From positions 115,942,001 through 116,006,000 of the forward strand of contig NC_058368.1 of NCBI RefSeq assembly GCF_018350175.1: 64,000 nucleotides of DNA, given 5' to 3'. This document shows, piece by piece, positions 37,521-49,922 of the stretch. This DNA comes from Felis catus (lineage: Eukaryota). Below the pieces are notes generated by a model. It was not told where the DNA came from and did not search any database. It saw only the letters and a list, made by a program, of their open reading frames with translations. The position numbers and the translations under genes are program-made. Within the stretch, counting starts at the first letter, position 1; each line of letters opens with the position of its first letter.

Positions 37521-39211
37521 TGTCATTTTAAATTTTCTAATAGCCTTATTTAAAAGGTAAAAAGAAACAGATGAAATGAATTTTAATAACTAAAAATGTC
37601 CAAAACAGTATTTCAATATATACTCACAGACGATTTTAATGAGATATTTTGTATTCTTTTTGTTTCCACACTAAGTCTTTGAAATTCAGAGTGCATTTTA
37701 TCCTTACGGCAAATCTTATTTCACACTAGCTACAGGTGGGCGGCACAAGTCTAGATCTTAGCCTGGCTCGACCCAACATTTAGAGATTGAATAGAAGAGG
37801 AGGAGTCAGAAAAGGAGACTGGGGGAATGGTGCCATGGAAGCCAAGAGAAGAAAGTATTTTCAAGAGAGACTGGTCAACTGTGTCCAATGTTTATAAGAG
37901 GCTGAGGATGAGAAAGAGTGATAGAATTCGCCAACGTGGAATTCACTCATGACCTTGACTCAAGTTTTTTCAGTGGAGTGATGGTTTCCTGGAGGGAAGC
38001 CAGGATGGAGTCAGTGAAAGGTAAGGAAGCAGTGACAGCCAGTATAAACAACATTTTCAAAAAGTTTTGCTGTGCAGACAAGCAGAGAAATGAAGCACCA
38101 GTTGGAGGGGGATGTGGATTCAAGGGAATGTTTTTACCAACACAGGAGATGCTAGAGGATGCTTGCACCTGATGGGCATGTTCCAATAAGAAGGAAAGAA
38201 ATTGTTGTGGGTGAAAGGGCATAACCGAAGAGGGAAATCATTGAGAAGAAAAGAGAAGATGGGCGTCAGAGCACAGAGAGGGGGGGCTGCTCTTTCACAG
38301 GAAAAGTGATCGTTCTATTGTAACCGGAATGAATGGGAAAGTAGATACAGTGTCAGAGCAGAGATACAGATTAGCTTATAGATTTGGGTGCCAGAAACCT
38401 TCATTTTAACATAAAGCAAAACACAACAACACCGCCAACAAAAGATACATATTTGAGAAATGCAAGCCAGCGAGACAAAGGTAGCATGCCTGTGGAAGGG
38501 GAAAGATGGAAACCAGTACTCGTCTTTCTTTCTCTGTTTAAAAATATCAATCTGATTAATAAAGAGAAGACTATGCTTTTTCAGGGTCTGGGATGTTGGT
38601 GTCTACCCTGCAAGGTACGCCTTTCTCTGGATCGAGTTACCTATGAAACCCATATAGTAATCACAAGGTTGCTTGTTGATCAGTCCCAGGGCAATAAATA
38701 ACCTTGAGGTCATTTCATGGAGCTGTAAAAAACCCTGATGAGCTATCTCTGATACATATAACAGGGTACACATGTCTGTCACATTCAGAGTCTCTCTCCC
38801 CTGAACAATGTTGGAAACAGTAATAAAATCTCACAACCCAATCTGTGGGACAATCTACCTGAAGCCTTTTTAATCCTACATCTCTTTGAAAGTCCAGGCT
38901 TCTTCCATGCCTTTACAATTTGAACGATCACCACGGGTGAAATATATCAAGCAGGATACCAACCAGGAAATAATATTCTACTTGAAATAGTTGACTTCAA
39001 ATAATTTACTAAAGAGGCTATTTACAAGGCTGTGGGCAGATTTAAAAGAAACAACAGGTAGGTAGAGGCACCCAGGACTGCCAGGAGTTTGTTAAAACCT
39101 TCCCTTCCTTAGACATTCAGGGGCAAGGTGAGGAAGGGGTTACAGGGTCTCAGTGAGACTGGAGCAGTGTCGGAGGTGTTGTCAGCAGCTACTACAAGAC
39201 CATGGCACCAT

Positions 39212-39360
39212 GGGTGCCTGGGTGGCTTGGTCGATTAAGCTTCTGACTTCAGCTCAGGTCATGATCTTGAGGTTTTGAGTTCTAGTCCTGCGTCGGGCTC
39301 TGTGCTGACAGCTCAGAGCCTAGAGCCTGCTTTGGAGTCTGTGTCTTCCTCTTTCTCTGC

Positions 39361-39393
<33 letters not shown>

Positions 39394-39430
39394 AAAAATA
39401 AACTAACGTTAAAAAAAAAAAAAAAAAAAA
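39212..39430 (+). mobile_element. Carnivore SINE
   Basis: TSD aagaccatggcacca / aagaacatggcacca. Confidence 0.95.
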
Positions 39431-39886
39431 AAGAACATGGCACCAAAGTAAGGGGGAAAGGAGGGAGAAGAAATCCCCAATCGCTTCACTTCTTCCTACC
39501 CCCATGACAAGCTTCTGCTGAACCCACTGGAAGCCAGAGGTGATATCCAAGAGAGGATGGTGCTCCAGGGTTCAGAACAGGGCTGGGCAGGGTGGAGAGT
39601 GAATCTGGGTTTGGGGGGAGGGGGCACACAATGGATAATTAGCACAGGAAGATGAGATATCCTTACATGAAACAATTAAAGAGACAACTAAATAGGAATA
39701 TCTGTGGAGCACTTCATATGGGATAGAGGTGAGGGGAGGAGAGGAGGGAAAGCTAAACAAAACTAGAATTCACAATCGGGCTATAGTAACTCTTAGGGGT
39801 TTTCACTGATCTTTCTAACTAGAACAGAGATTTGGAGGAGTAGGGGTTCACTATTTTGTGCTTTGTTTTAGTAAAGAAAAGGTGTA

Positions 39887-40104
39887 GGTGCACCTGGGTG
39901 GCTCAGTCGGTTAAGCGTCTGACTTGGGCTCAGGTCATGATCTCACGGTCCGTGGGTTCGAGCCCCACGTCGGGCTCTGTGTTGACAGCTCGGAGCCTGG
40001 AGCCTGCTTCAGATTCTGTGTCTCCCTCTCTCTGCCCCTCCCCTGCTTGTGCTCTGTCTCTCTCGCTCTCAAAAATAAATTAACAAAAAATTAAAAAAAA
40101 TAAA
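39887..40104 (+). mobile_element. Carnivore SINE
   Basis: Full head, body and tail; TSD-like aaggtgt. Confidence 0.93.
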
Positions 40105-40385
40105 AGAGAAGGTGTTATTTCTCCTTTATTACGTACCAGGAAAAAAAATCCTAAAAGTAAAAATATTTGTTTGACTTCTTAGAAAAGGAATCCTGTGCCG
40201 ATTTTCATATCCTATTATCCTGGGTTCTACCACCCCCCACCTCCTTCCACCTGCACCACTGGAAAGAGGCCTAAACCTCCAGGAGACACTGGCTTACTGA
40301 GGCTTAAATTTAGACAAAAGCTTGATGTAGACATTTGAGGTCACTAAGCTTCTGTCACCATATGGACACAATCAAACAGAAAGCA

Positions 40386-40634
40386 ATACAGCATTGTGGT
40401 TAAGAAGATAGGCTCTGAAGTCAGATTGCTTGGATTTAAATGCTTGCTCTACTATTTACTAGCTGTATGACCTTGGTAAGTGACTCCTCCTTTCCTCCGT
40501 GCCATCTGTAAATGGGGATAATAATAGTACTTATTCCGCAGGGTCATCTTATGAGGATTATATAAGACATTTCCTGTAAAGTACTTTGGATATTGTCTGG
40601 CACATAGTGAATGCTGAAGAAGAGTCTTATTATT
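40386..40634 (+). mobile_element. Near full-length MIR
   Basis: gtggttaagaagataggctctgaagtcaga...tactagctgtatgaccttgg...atctgtaaatggggataataatagtac...tggcacatagt. Confidence 0.85.
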
Positions 40635-40739
40635 AATAAAGCCAATTTTCTGATTCCAAAGTATTCTGTAGCCAACTCTAATTCTCGTTAATAACCTGGC
40701 CTTGGTCTCCTGTCCACATCTTTAGATCCTTCTCCAGAA

Positions 40740-40891
<152 letters not shown>

Positions 40892-41215
40892 TAGATAGTG
40901 GAGGCCTCATTTATACCAAAGGTAAATTCATTCATGTAGTAATTTATTTTCTGAACATCCATTATGTCCCAAATACTGGACTAGGTGTCAAGCATAACAT
41001 AAAAGTGAGAAAAAACAAACTTAGCCCTTGCCCTTAGGAACTTGTGATCCAATGAGGGAGAGAGACATTAATTAAATTACTACAAAACAAACAAACAAAA
41101 AACCCTAGGCTAGGGCAATGTCCTCCAGTGAATTATGACACTGCAGCCCAGTTTTACCAGATTCTAGAAGAAAGGAGGTGATCGGAATTTTATGAACTAC
41201 GAGCGAGACACCAGG

Positions 41216-41297
41216 CTGTACTGTCCAATATGGTAGCCACTACCCATATGTGGCTATGTAAAAATTGTGTGTAAGCAATTAAAACTAGGTAAAATTT
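41216..41297. mobile_element. Truncated MER3-like hAT fragment
   Basis: ctgtactgtccaatatggtagccactacccatatgtggctat matches the MER3/MER33 terminal motif. Confidence 0.7.
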
Positions 41298-41341
41298 GGG
41301 GCGCCTGGGTGGCTCAGTCGGTTAAGCATCTGACTTCAGCT
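41298..41341 (+). mobile_element. 3'-truncated carnivore SINE (head only)
   Basis: ggggcgcctgggtggctcagtcggttaagcatctgacttcagct, then unrelated sequence. Confidence 0.85.
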
Positions 41342-41417
41342 GCAGGTGGCCTCAAATATGAAAGAAATTCCTGTGGCTCAGAAAGGGGATTTTGCAGGCA
41401 AAGGTAGGGAACGTGCA

Positions 41418-41623
41418 GGGTGCCTAGGTGGCTCAGTCAGTTGAGCCTCTGACTTTGGCTTACTTTGGCTCAGGTTGTGATCTCCTGATGGGGGGTGGGA
41501 GGGGGGAGAAGGGTGGGGGTGGGGAGGGGTTGTGAGTTTGAGCTCTGCATTGGGCTCACTGCTGTCAGCTTGTCAATGCAGAGCCTACTTTAGATCCTCT
41601 GCTCCTCTCTCTCTCTGCCCCTC

Positions 41624-41662
<39 letters not shown>

Positions 41663-41676
41663 AAATAAATAAAACA
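41418..41676 (+). mobile_element. Carnivore SINE with internal G-rich insertion
   Basis: SINE body interrupted at 41490-41529 by G-runs. Confidence 0.88.
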
Positions 41677-41701
41677 TTTTTTAAAAAGTAGGAAAAGTGT
41701 T

Positions 41702-41911
41702 GGGGCGCCTGGGTGGCTCAGTCGGTTAAGCGTCCGACTTCAGCTCAGGTCACGATCTCGCGGTCCGTGAGTTCGAGCCCCGCGTCGGGCTCTGGGCTGA
41801 TGGCTCGGAGCCTGGAGCCTGTTTCAGATTCTGTGTCTCCCTCTCTCTCTGCCCCTCCCCCGTTCATGCTCTGTCTCTCTCTGTCCCAAAAATAAATAAA
41901 CGTTGAAAAAA
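41702..41911 (+). mobile_element. Young felid SINE (SINEC_Fc-like)
   Basis: CpG-intact body; TSD aaaaagtaggaaaagtg. Confidence 0.96.
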
Positions 41912-42174
41912 TTTTTAAAAAAGTAGGAAAAGTGATATAAAATACAGAAACTATTGAAGAGATAAAGCTTTCCAACTTGGAACCCTGATTTCCAGTAGAC
42001 ATAAGGGTACGGTGTAATAAAATGTTTATAGTATCGCATGGAATGTCTCTGCTACCAACCACTTCCTCACCAAAATGGTATTTTTTTCAGTGGAAATTTA
42101 TGTTCAGCTTCAGGTATTTTTTAGTTTGTAATTTTGTGATATAAGTCCTGGGGAAAACAAAACGCCTAAAAAAA

Positions 42175-42388
42175 TTATTTTTTTTAATTTTTTTTTATTT
42201 TTGGGACAGAGAGAGACAGAGCATGAACGGGGGAGGGGCAGAGAGAGAGGGAGACACAGAATCGGAAGCAGGCTCCAGGCTCCGAGCTGTCAGCCCAGAG
42301 CCTGACGCGGGGCTCGAACTCACGGACCGCGAGATCATGACCTCGCTGAAGTCGGACGCTTAACCGACTGCGCCACCCAGGCGCCCCC
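42175..42388 (-). mobile_element. Young felid SINE inserted in the tail of the next SINE
   Basis: CpG-intact body; aaaaaaatt on both sides. Confidence 0.94.
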
Positions 42389-42396
42389 AAAAAAAA

Positions 42397-42597
42397 TTTT
42401 TTTAATTTAGTTATTTTTGAGGGAGAGACACAGAGTGAGAGCAGGAGAGGGGCAGAGAGGGAAACACAGAATCCAAAGCAGGCTCCAGGCTCTGAGCTGT
42501 CAGCACAGAGCCCAATGTGGGGCTCCAACTCAGAACCTCAAGATCATGACCTGAGTCGAAGTCGGATGCTCAACTGACTGAGCCACCCAGGCGCCCC
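42397..42597 (-). mobile_element. Carnivore SINE
   Basis: Outer TSD aacgcct brackets both tandem SINEs. Confidence 0.93.
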
Positions 42598-43010
42598 AGA
42601 ACGCCTTTTAAAATGAATTATAATGCTTACATTTCAGTTGCTTATTAAAATGAAAAACTATAGGGGACAAGTGGCTCTTCCCAGAAGCTACATTTTTTTT
42701 TTCGTATTTATGAACATATCTTTTTCATGAACATACAACTTTTTCAGCTTTCCTTCTCACCGTTCTCTCAGGCACACAAAGGTTTGAGTATAATTGACTG
42801 TGTTTCTATCCATGGACTCAGAGGCAAGAGCTCTCCATTTCCCCTGTGTACAATCATTCTTTCAATGCTCCCCTTTTTTTTGTATATGAAAAGTCACAAA
42901 AAAAATGCTGTAACTAGTTGGGGGGAAATGGGACTTTAAAACTTTGCATTAGGGATAAATCTGCCATGTGCACAGAAAACTAAGAGGAATCTTGGTCACA
43001 GGTGGCAGGG

Positions 43011-43227
43011 TTTTTTTTTTTTTTTAACGTTTTATTTATTTTTGAGACAGGGAGAGACAGAGCATGAACAGGGGAGGGTCAGAGAGAGGGAGACACAGAA
43101 TCTGAAACAGGCTCCAGGCTCTGAGCTGTCAGCACAGAGCCCGACGCGGGGCTCGAGCTCATGGACCGCAAGATCATGACCTGAGCCGAAGTCGGCCGCC
43201 GAACCAACTGAGCCATCCAGGCGCCCC
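43011..43227 (-). mobile_element. Carnivore SINE
   Basis: TSD caggtggcag. Confidence 0.95.
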
Positions 43228-43409
43228 TCAGGTGGCAGTTTTTTACCTGGAAAAAGAGATGCAAATCACCAAAGGAGTAATGAAGTTTTGTTTACATCCT
43301 GGATCTACAAAAAATCACAGTTGTTGTTGCTATTGTTGAGAATTCTTATCAGATGGTTTTAAATGGCAAGACAAAACATGGATATCATTCTTCCCAGGTA
43401 TAGATTTTA

Positions 43410-43795
43410 TGGGTAGGTTTTAAATGGTGGCCCCCAAAGCTGAAACTACCCCAATATTGAATCCCTTTCCAAACAGCCAAGCAGTTAGACAGGTAAGAAG
43501 TCCTTCTCCCTTGAGACCACCATGCTGTGAGGAAGCCCAAGCAACTGTGTGGCAAGGCCCAAGCCAAGGAAGAGCAGGGCCCCTGACTGACAGCCCCAGC
43601 TAGCACCCAGGACCAACTGCTGGCCATGAGAGTGAGGCCATTGGGACATTCTGCCTTCCCCAGAACCTCAGCCAACACCACAGGAAGCAGAAGAACCACC
43701 CAGTCAATTCACAGAATGGTGAGAAATAATAAATTGTGGTTTTAAGCCCCTAAGTTTGGAAGTAGCTTGTTAAAAGGCAAGAAATACTGAAACAG
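43410..43795 (+). mobile_element. MLT1-like MaLR solo LTR
   Basis: ccaccatgctgtgaggaagcccaagc...cacagaatggtgagaaataataaattgtggttttaagcccctaagtttgg...tactgaaACA. Confidence 0.8.
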
Positions 43796-44948
43796 TATCT
43801 TAGACAAGACTATCTAGAGGCTATGTAGCTTACCTTCTTTATGCACTTTGTAGGTAACATTTTATTTCGATGACCTCAACTGTGTTGTGGTAGGAGAAAA
43901 AATGACAGGCATTCCCCCTTCTTCCCACTACCGAATATACCAACCTTTCCATACCTGGACTCACTCTCTCCCTTTCCTCTCTCACACTGGAACAACTGTT
44001 TACCTGTTCCTATCAAAAGCCAACACTGCCAGTGTGTTCCAGATCCCCTCCTTCCTTGCCTTTTGAAGGACTTCGCTTAACTATGTTTTCCTTCTGCTAC
44101 ATCATCAATTTTTCCCTTTTACCTCATTGCCATTTGCCTACTGATAATGGGAATAATAATACCATCTATTTTTTTAAAAAGCTTCTTTGGCTCTGTATTC
44201 CCTTCCCCCAACGTCCACTCTTCTTGTTTCCATTCATAACAAAACTTCATGAATCAGTTGTCTGTGGGACTTATTTCCGCTTTTCATTCCCACAACCCAC
44301 TCCCACAGGGGTTCTATCCACACCGTTTCACTTAAGGTCTCCTCTCTGGCTCTTCCTCCTCTGATCAAACTCAAATTGGTATTCCTCAGGCATCAGTACA
44401 GAGGATGAATTAACTCTAGAAACACATCACAAAGGAAGAGATGAGGAGGAGGGTTTTTCTGAAGGATAGATGGGAACTCACCGGGAGGACAAAGAGAAAA
44501 ATTTATCAGGCAAGGACCACCACAAAGTGCCATTCCTAAAGGGGTGGCTGTCCCTGGATAAATCACACTGTGTGTCCTCCTCCCCCAAAGTTTTTACGGG
44601 TAATGTCACCTTTGAAGAAATAGCAACAAAAGCCTTGGACAAAAAGTAGAAACAAAACAAAAAAATTAAGTTAGATTTGCAGAAAAGGAACAAGCACTCC
44701 AGGCAGTCTTGGTGATGGGTGGTGTGTATGTATTTGAGCTTTTATATCCTAATATCTGTATGCATATTTTCATCTATCACAAATTAGCCGACATTGAGGT
44801 TATGATACAGCTAACTAAAAAAATTACCTACAAACAACTTTTATAGAGTGCACTCTCGCATAAAGAAAAGTGTAATAAATAAACTTTCCCATTTCTTTTT
44901 GAACAACATAGGGCTCAAATTTTAAAAACGTTGGAAACTATGTCCTCT

Positions 44949-45150
44949 GAGGCACCTGGGTGGCTTAGTCAGTTGGGTATCTGACTCTTGATTTTGGCTC
45001 AGGTCATGATCCCAGGATCATGGGATCAAGCCCCACATCAGGCTCGGTGCTGAATGTGCAACCTGCTTAAGATTCTCTTCCTCCCTCTCCCTCTACCCCC
45101 TACACTGCTCGTTCTCTCTCTCTCTTTCTCAAATAATAATTAAAAAAAAA
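44949..45150 (+). mobile_element. Carnivore SINE (older subfamily)
   Basis: TSD aaactatgtc. Confidence 0.9.
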
Positions 45151-46327
45151 AACTATGTCTTCCACTTTCTAAATGTCTGTGTTCTCTGTGAAACCATGTT
45201 AATTAACAAGCAGCCTTTCTATGAAGACTAATATATACACACATACATACAAATTGTTTGGAGCCTAGGCAAACAAAAAGAAAGAAAATTAAATCTACTA
45301 CCACTTTTCTCTGGTCTAAGTTGGAATATCTGAATCAACTAATAAGCATACCATTGTTTATCTGGTTCTGTAAGATACACTTAAATGTTCAAGAATATGT
45401 AAACATAATTACCATGTATAGTCAAGTAAAAATCAGAAAATTTTACTTAGCAAGTATATGTGCACTTATGGGAAATATGACGATTGTTAATTTAATCAAC
45501 AGTTTGACCTCAAGAAATTCACAGTGTAAACTGAGGAGAGAATACTCACACATTTATGAAACAGAAATAAGACTTGAAAGTGTAAATGAAGTCCTGAGCT
45601 ATGCCATAAAAACTGTATGCACTCTCCGTGTTCTGAGGACAAAAGCAATGTTAATGGGCATGACCTCCAGAATGCCCATGTCCTTGTTACCACTTTCTAT
45701 CTCTTTTTAAAAATGTTTCCTCCTGTGTTAAAAAAAAAAGAGAAAGTTTATTAGGGAAAATTTGGAAAATAGAGGAAAGAGAGAAAATAAAAACAAAATC
45801 AATTATTCATATCCCAAAGAATTAGCTCCTAAGTGTTCTTTTTTAAATACGAGAGCCATTTGGAAAAAAAAAAAAAAAACCAGTAAAATTAGACACATTC
45901 TTGATACCATGAAAAAGAATACGCTCTAAGTGAATGAGAGCTTTAATTGTGAATAAATAAATAAATAAATAAATACCATACACGTTCTGGAAGAAAATTT
46001 GGGTGAATTTCTCTTTACCCTCTTTGTAGGGGCAGGCTTTGTAACTATAATTTGAAACCTAGAGGCAAGAAAAACGAAAGATTGATAAATTTAACCACAT
46101 AAAAATAAAAATGCTTTGTGTGACAAAACACCATAAGCAAAATCAAAAGACAAATGACAAAATGGGATATAATGTTCACAATATGTATCACAGATAAAGG
46201 GTTAATGTTTTAAGTTTACTTCTTAAAAACCGCCTTAAAATGGAGAAAAGTTTACCAAAAATCCCATAGAAAAATAAGCATGAGGCATGAACAGACAATT
46301 CACAAAGAAACACACAAAGATGGGTTT

Positions 46328-46551
46328 GTTTTTTTTTAATTTTTTTTTCAACGTTTATTTATTTTTGGGACAGAGAGAGACAGAGCATGAACGGGGAAGG
46401 GGCAGAGAGAGAGGGAGACACAGAATCGGAAACAGGCTCCAGGCTCTGAGCCATCAGCCCAGAGCCCGATGCGGGGCTCGAACTCACGGACCGCGAGATC
46501 GTGACCTGGCTGAAGTCGGACGCTTAACCGACTGCGCCACCCAGGCGCCCC
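46328..46551 (-). mobile_element. Young felid SINE (SINEC_Fc-like) in L1
   Basis: TSD caaagatgggttt; CpG-intact body. Confidence 0.96.
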
Positions 46552-46620
46552 CAAAGATGGGTTTTAAACATACAAAATGATGTTCAACTTCGTTCATAAC
46601 AAGAGAAATGTAAATTATTA

Positions 46621-46839
46621 TTTAAAAAAATTTTTTTAATGTTTACTTATTTTTTGAGAGACAGAGAGAGCGCGAGCATGGGGCAGGGGCAGAGAGAGAG
46701 GGAGTCACAGAATCCAAAGCAGGCTCCAGGCTATGAGCTGTCAGCACAGAGCCCGATGCGGGGCTCAAACTCATGAACCTCGAGATCATGACCTGAGCTG
46801 AAGTTGGATGCTTAACTGACTGAGCCACCCAGGCGCCCC
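46621..46839 (-). mobile_element. Carnivore SINE in L1
   Basis: 20-bp TSD aagagaaatgtaaattatta (46601-46620, 46840-46859). Confidence 0.96.
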
Positions 46840-47706
46840 AAGAGAAATGTAAATTATTAAAGTGTATTGAGGTATCATTGCTCACACACTAGATTGGCAA
46901 AAAAATCAAAAGCCTAACAAGACATTCTGTTGGTAAGGATGTAGGAAAACATGCTCTCATAGATTACTGGAGGGAATGTAGCAAAACTATGTACAAATTT
47001 TCCATTCAACACAGCAATCCCACTTTAGAAATTGATCCTGAAATACAACTCCAATAATATAAAACTATCCACGAACAAGAACATAAAAATGCGAGTGAAC
47101 ATTGCAGCATTATTTGTAATTTCAAAATATTGGAAAGGATCTAAATATCTAAATGAGGGAGGTTATTTCAAAGCAATAGTACATCCATACCTTGGAGTAC
47201 TATGCAACTATAAAAAAGAATGAGGATGATCTCTGTGAACTGTATGGAATGATTTCCAGGACATAGTAAATGAAAAAAGCAACGTGCAAAAGAGCATATT
47301 TAATATGTTACCTTTTGTATAAGAATAAATGGAAAATAAGAAAATATGATTATCATTACAAAAAAGAAAAACTAGAAACCAATGAAGTGTGTTTCCCACA
47401 AGGAGTAAGTGTTGAGGAGAATGAATGGAAGGAACACAGCTGGGAGCCTGAGTGTAACTTTTTGTGTAGTTTTGACTTTTGAAAGCATGTTAATATCTTA
47501 CATATTCAAAAATCAATTAAATCAATAAGAAAGGAAAACAAAACTAAAACCAAAGCCAAAACGAATGTAATTTATTTCAAATGACTATTATGACCACACT
47601 GAATGGGAAAAAAATATAACAGAATGAAGTAATTCAAGGAACTTATGAACATAATATATCCTCAGATACCTCTAAGAGGTATCTTGCTTACAACAGAATG
47701 CTAAGA

Positions 47707-47910
47707 GGGGCACCTGGGTGGCTCAGTTGGTTAAGTGTCCAACTTCGGCTCAGGTCATGATCTCGCAGTTCATGGGTTCGAACCCTGCATTGGGCTCTGT
47801 GCTGACAGCTCAGAGCGTGGAGCCTGCTTTGGATTCTGTGTCTCCCTCTCTCTCTGCCCCTCACTCACTCACACTCTCTCAAAAATAAATAAACTTAAAA
47901 AAAAAAAAAA
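47707..47910 (+). mobile_element. Carnivore SINE
   Basis: TSD aacagaatgctaaga. Confidence 0.95.
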
Positions 47911-47972
47911 GAACAGAATGCTAAGAACCCAGAGCCAAGTATTCAATAAGCAGTGTTTAAAGCCCACAATAC

Positions 47973-48075
47973 CTTTTTTTTTTTTAAGTTGGCTCCATAC
48001 CCAACATGGGATTTGAACTCATGACCCAGAGATCAAGAGTCGCATGCTCTACAGACTGAGCCAGCCAGGCACCCC
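47973..48075 (-). mobile_element. Short old carnivore SINE
   Basis: gagatcaagagtcgcatgctctacagactgagccagccaggcacccc. Confidence 0.85.
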
Positions 48076-49071
48076 AAAGCCTGGGATACTAGTAAAGGCC
48101 CATGAAAGTGTTCTAATTTTTATTTCTTTAAAAAGAAATCCGAAGAAAAATAAATGTAATAACAATAAATCCAGCTTGGATCATATTCATCTTTACACAA
48201 ACACGGTCATAAAATATAATTTAAACAAATTTTTATGGAGTAAGGGGCCCACGACAGCAAAGAGCACAGGCCCCACGAAAATCCTAACGCAGCCCTGTGG
48301 CAACAACTGGTATTTGTGGACAGGATGCAAATTGGAAAAGTATCATTTTGCAACCTTCAGGGTAAAGACGGGATAAAGCAAGAACCATCACTAAGTGCTA
48401 AATCTAAGGGAAAGTTTTGGTGAAAATGAAGAATAGGATATTTACATGGTCTTAAACTAGCTCACCCCTTTCCCCCACTTCTTAGTCGTTGTAAGAAAGA
48501 AAAAGAAAGGATAATTATACAGTGGGGACACCAAGCACCTCCTTGACTGGGTGATCAAAATTAGCATCACCTACGAGAGACAGATGAGCACCATGTCCCT
48601 CCAGATGCAGTTCCCTGAGACGGTCACAGCATCATCTAGGCAGCAGTCCTGCTAAAAGGGTATAAACCCAATAAGATTATGAGGAAACATCAGACAAATA
48701 GGAAACGAAAAGTGTTCTATTTTCTAAAAAAGATGGGGGTGCGGAGAAATTATACCCTCCAAAAATGTCAATGTCAGAAAAGGCAACAGCTGAGAAAGCT
48801 TCCAGGTTTAGGAGACATGACAACTAAATGCTCTGCCTGAACCTAAAATTGCACCTGTACTAGAAGGGGAAAAACCTATAAGGGACATCATTAGATCAAC
48901 TAAAATATTTGGAATATGGGCAGTAAATTAGATAAAAGTATTATACCTATGTGAATTTACGAAAGTAACAAGTATACAGCAAAGCCCTATTCTGCAGAAA
49001 TCAATAATAAAGTATTTAGGGGTAAAAAACTATAATGTATGTAACTTACCTCAAATGATTCAGAAAAAAAA

Positions 49072-49073
<2 letters not shown>

Positions 49074-49118
<45 letters not shown>

Positions 49119-49123
49119 TGTGT
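49074..49123 (+). repeat. (TG)n microsatellite
   Basis: Directly visible. Confidence 0.95.
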
Positions 49124-49657
49124 GGTGAGAGAAACAGAACAAACGATAAAGCAAATGAAGTAAAAGATAACAATAGGTGAATCTTTGTAAAGGGTATACA
49201 AGTGTTCCTTGTACTCTATATTTGCTATATTCCTTAAGTTTGAAGTTATTTCCAAGTAAGTTTTTAAAACTTAAAAAATACAAGAACATGCTAGAGTGTC
49301 ACATATTGATTAGAACTAATACTGTACAAACAACATTGGCTGGATTTTTTCACTATAAATAGTTTCTCATATTATTAATAATCTCTGAATCTCATTTTAA
49401 ATGTCTGTGAACATTCTATCAAATTGCACTCTAGAGTTTGTGGGGCATTTCCTTATTGTTAAATGTTTAGATTATTTTAAATTTTTCCTCATTAAACAAT
49501 GTTTACAGTGCTTAAGCTTAAGAGTTGTAAAATCCTATTACGTATATTTGAAATCTCAACTCCACTATTTACTGGCTGTGTAGGCTTGAGTCAGTTACTT
49601 CTCTTTCTATGCCCCGATTTCCTCAAGCAGGCATAATCATATTCAGGGTTGTTGTTC

Positions 49658-49922
49658 GGGGAGCCTGGGTGGCTCAGTTGGTTGAGCATCTGACTCTTGG
49701 TTTTGGCTCAGGTCATGATCTCACCATTTGTGATTTTGAGCCTCATGTTGGGCTCTGTGCTGACAGTGTAGAGCCTTCTTGGGATTCTCTCTCTCTCTCT
49801 TTCTCTCTCTCTGTCCCTTCCCCACTGGCTCACACTCGTCTGTGCACGCATGCTCTCTCTGTCTCAAAATAAATAAATCAATTAAAACTTAATAAATGAT
49901 AAAAAATAAAAATAAAATAAAA
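49658..49922 (+). mobile_element. Carnivore SINE inside a MIR (about 49505-49995)
   Basis: Standard head, body and tail; MIR sequence resumes after the tail. Confidence 0.9.

Larger units (their letters stand above)
37047..37747 (-). mobile_element. MER33-like hAT DNA transposon split by two SINEs
   Basis: ctgtccaata end; aaaagaaacagatgaaatgaattttaataa; aatgagatattttgtattcttttt...ctaagtctttgaaattc...gtgcatttta resembles the reverse MER33 consensus as recalled. Confidence 0.7.
35480..38330 (-). mobile_element. Long L2 LINE remnant with nested MER33 and four SINEs
   Basis: L2 motifs throughout (aagtccctgctcctgaagagcttac, ggatttgagctgag, gagaagtcactggagggtttaag, ggatgactcaaattttggcttgag, gtcaactgtgtccaatg). 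Confidence 0.75.
45850..49280 (+). mobile_element. Old L1M (ORF2 3' end and 3'UTR), fragmented by later insertions
   Basis: atgaacagacaattcaca, acacagcaatcccactt, attgcagcattatttgtaat (IAALFVI), ggagacatgacaactaaatg, ttccaagtaagtttttaaaa. Confidence 0.75.

Noticed and set aside
47664..47684. 9-bp hairpin AGATACCTC-TAA-GAGGTATCT
   Set aside because: Short, lies within L1-derived sequence, and is consistent with chance.
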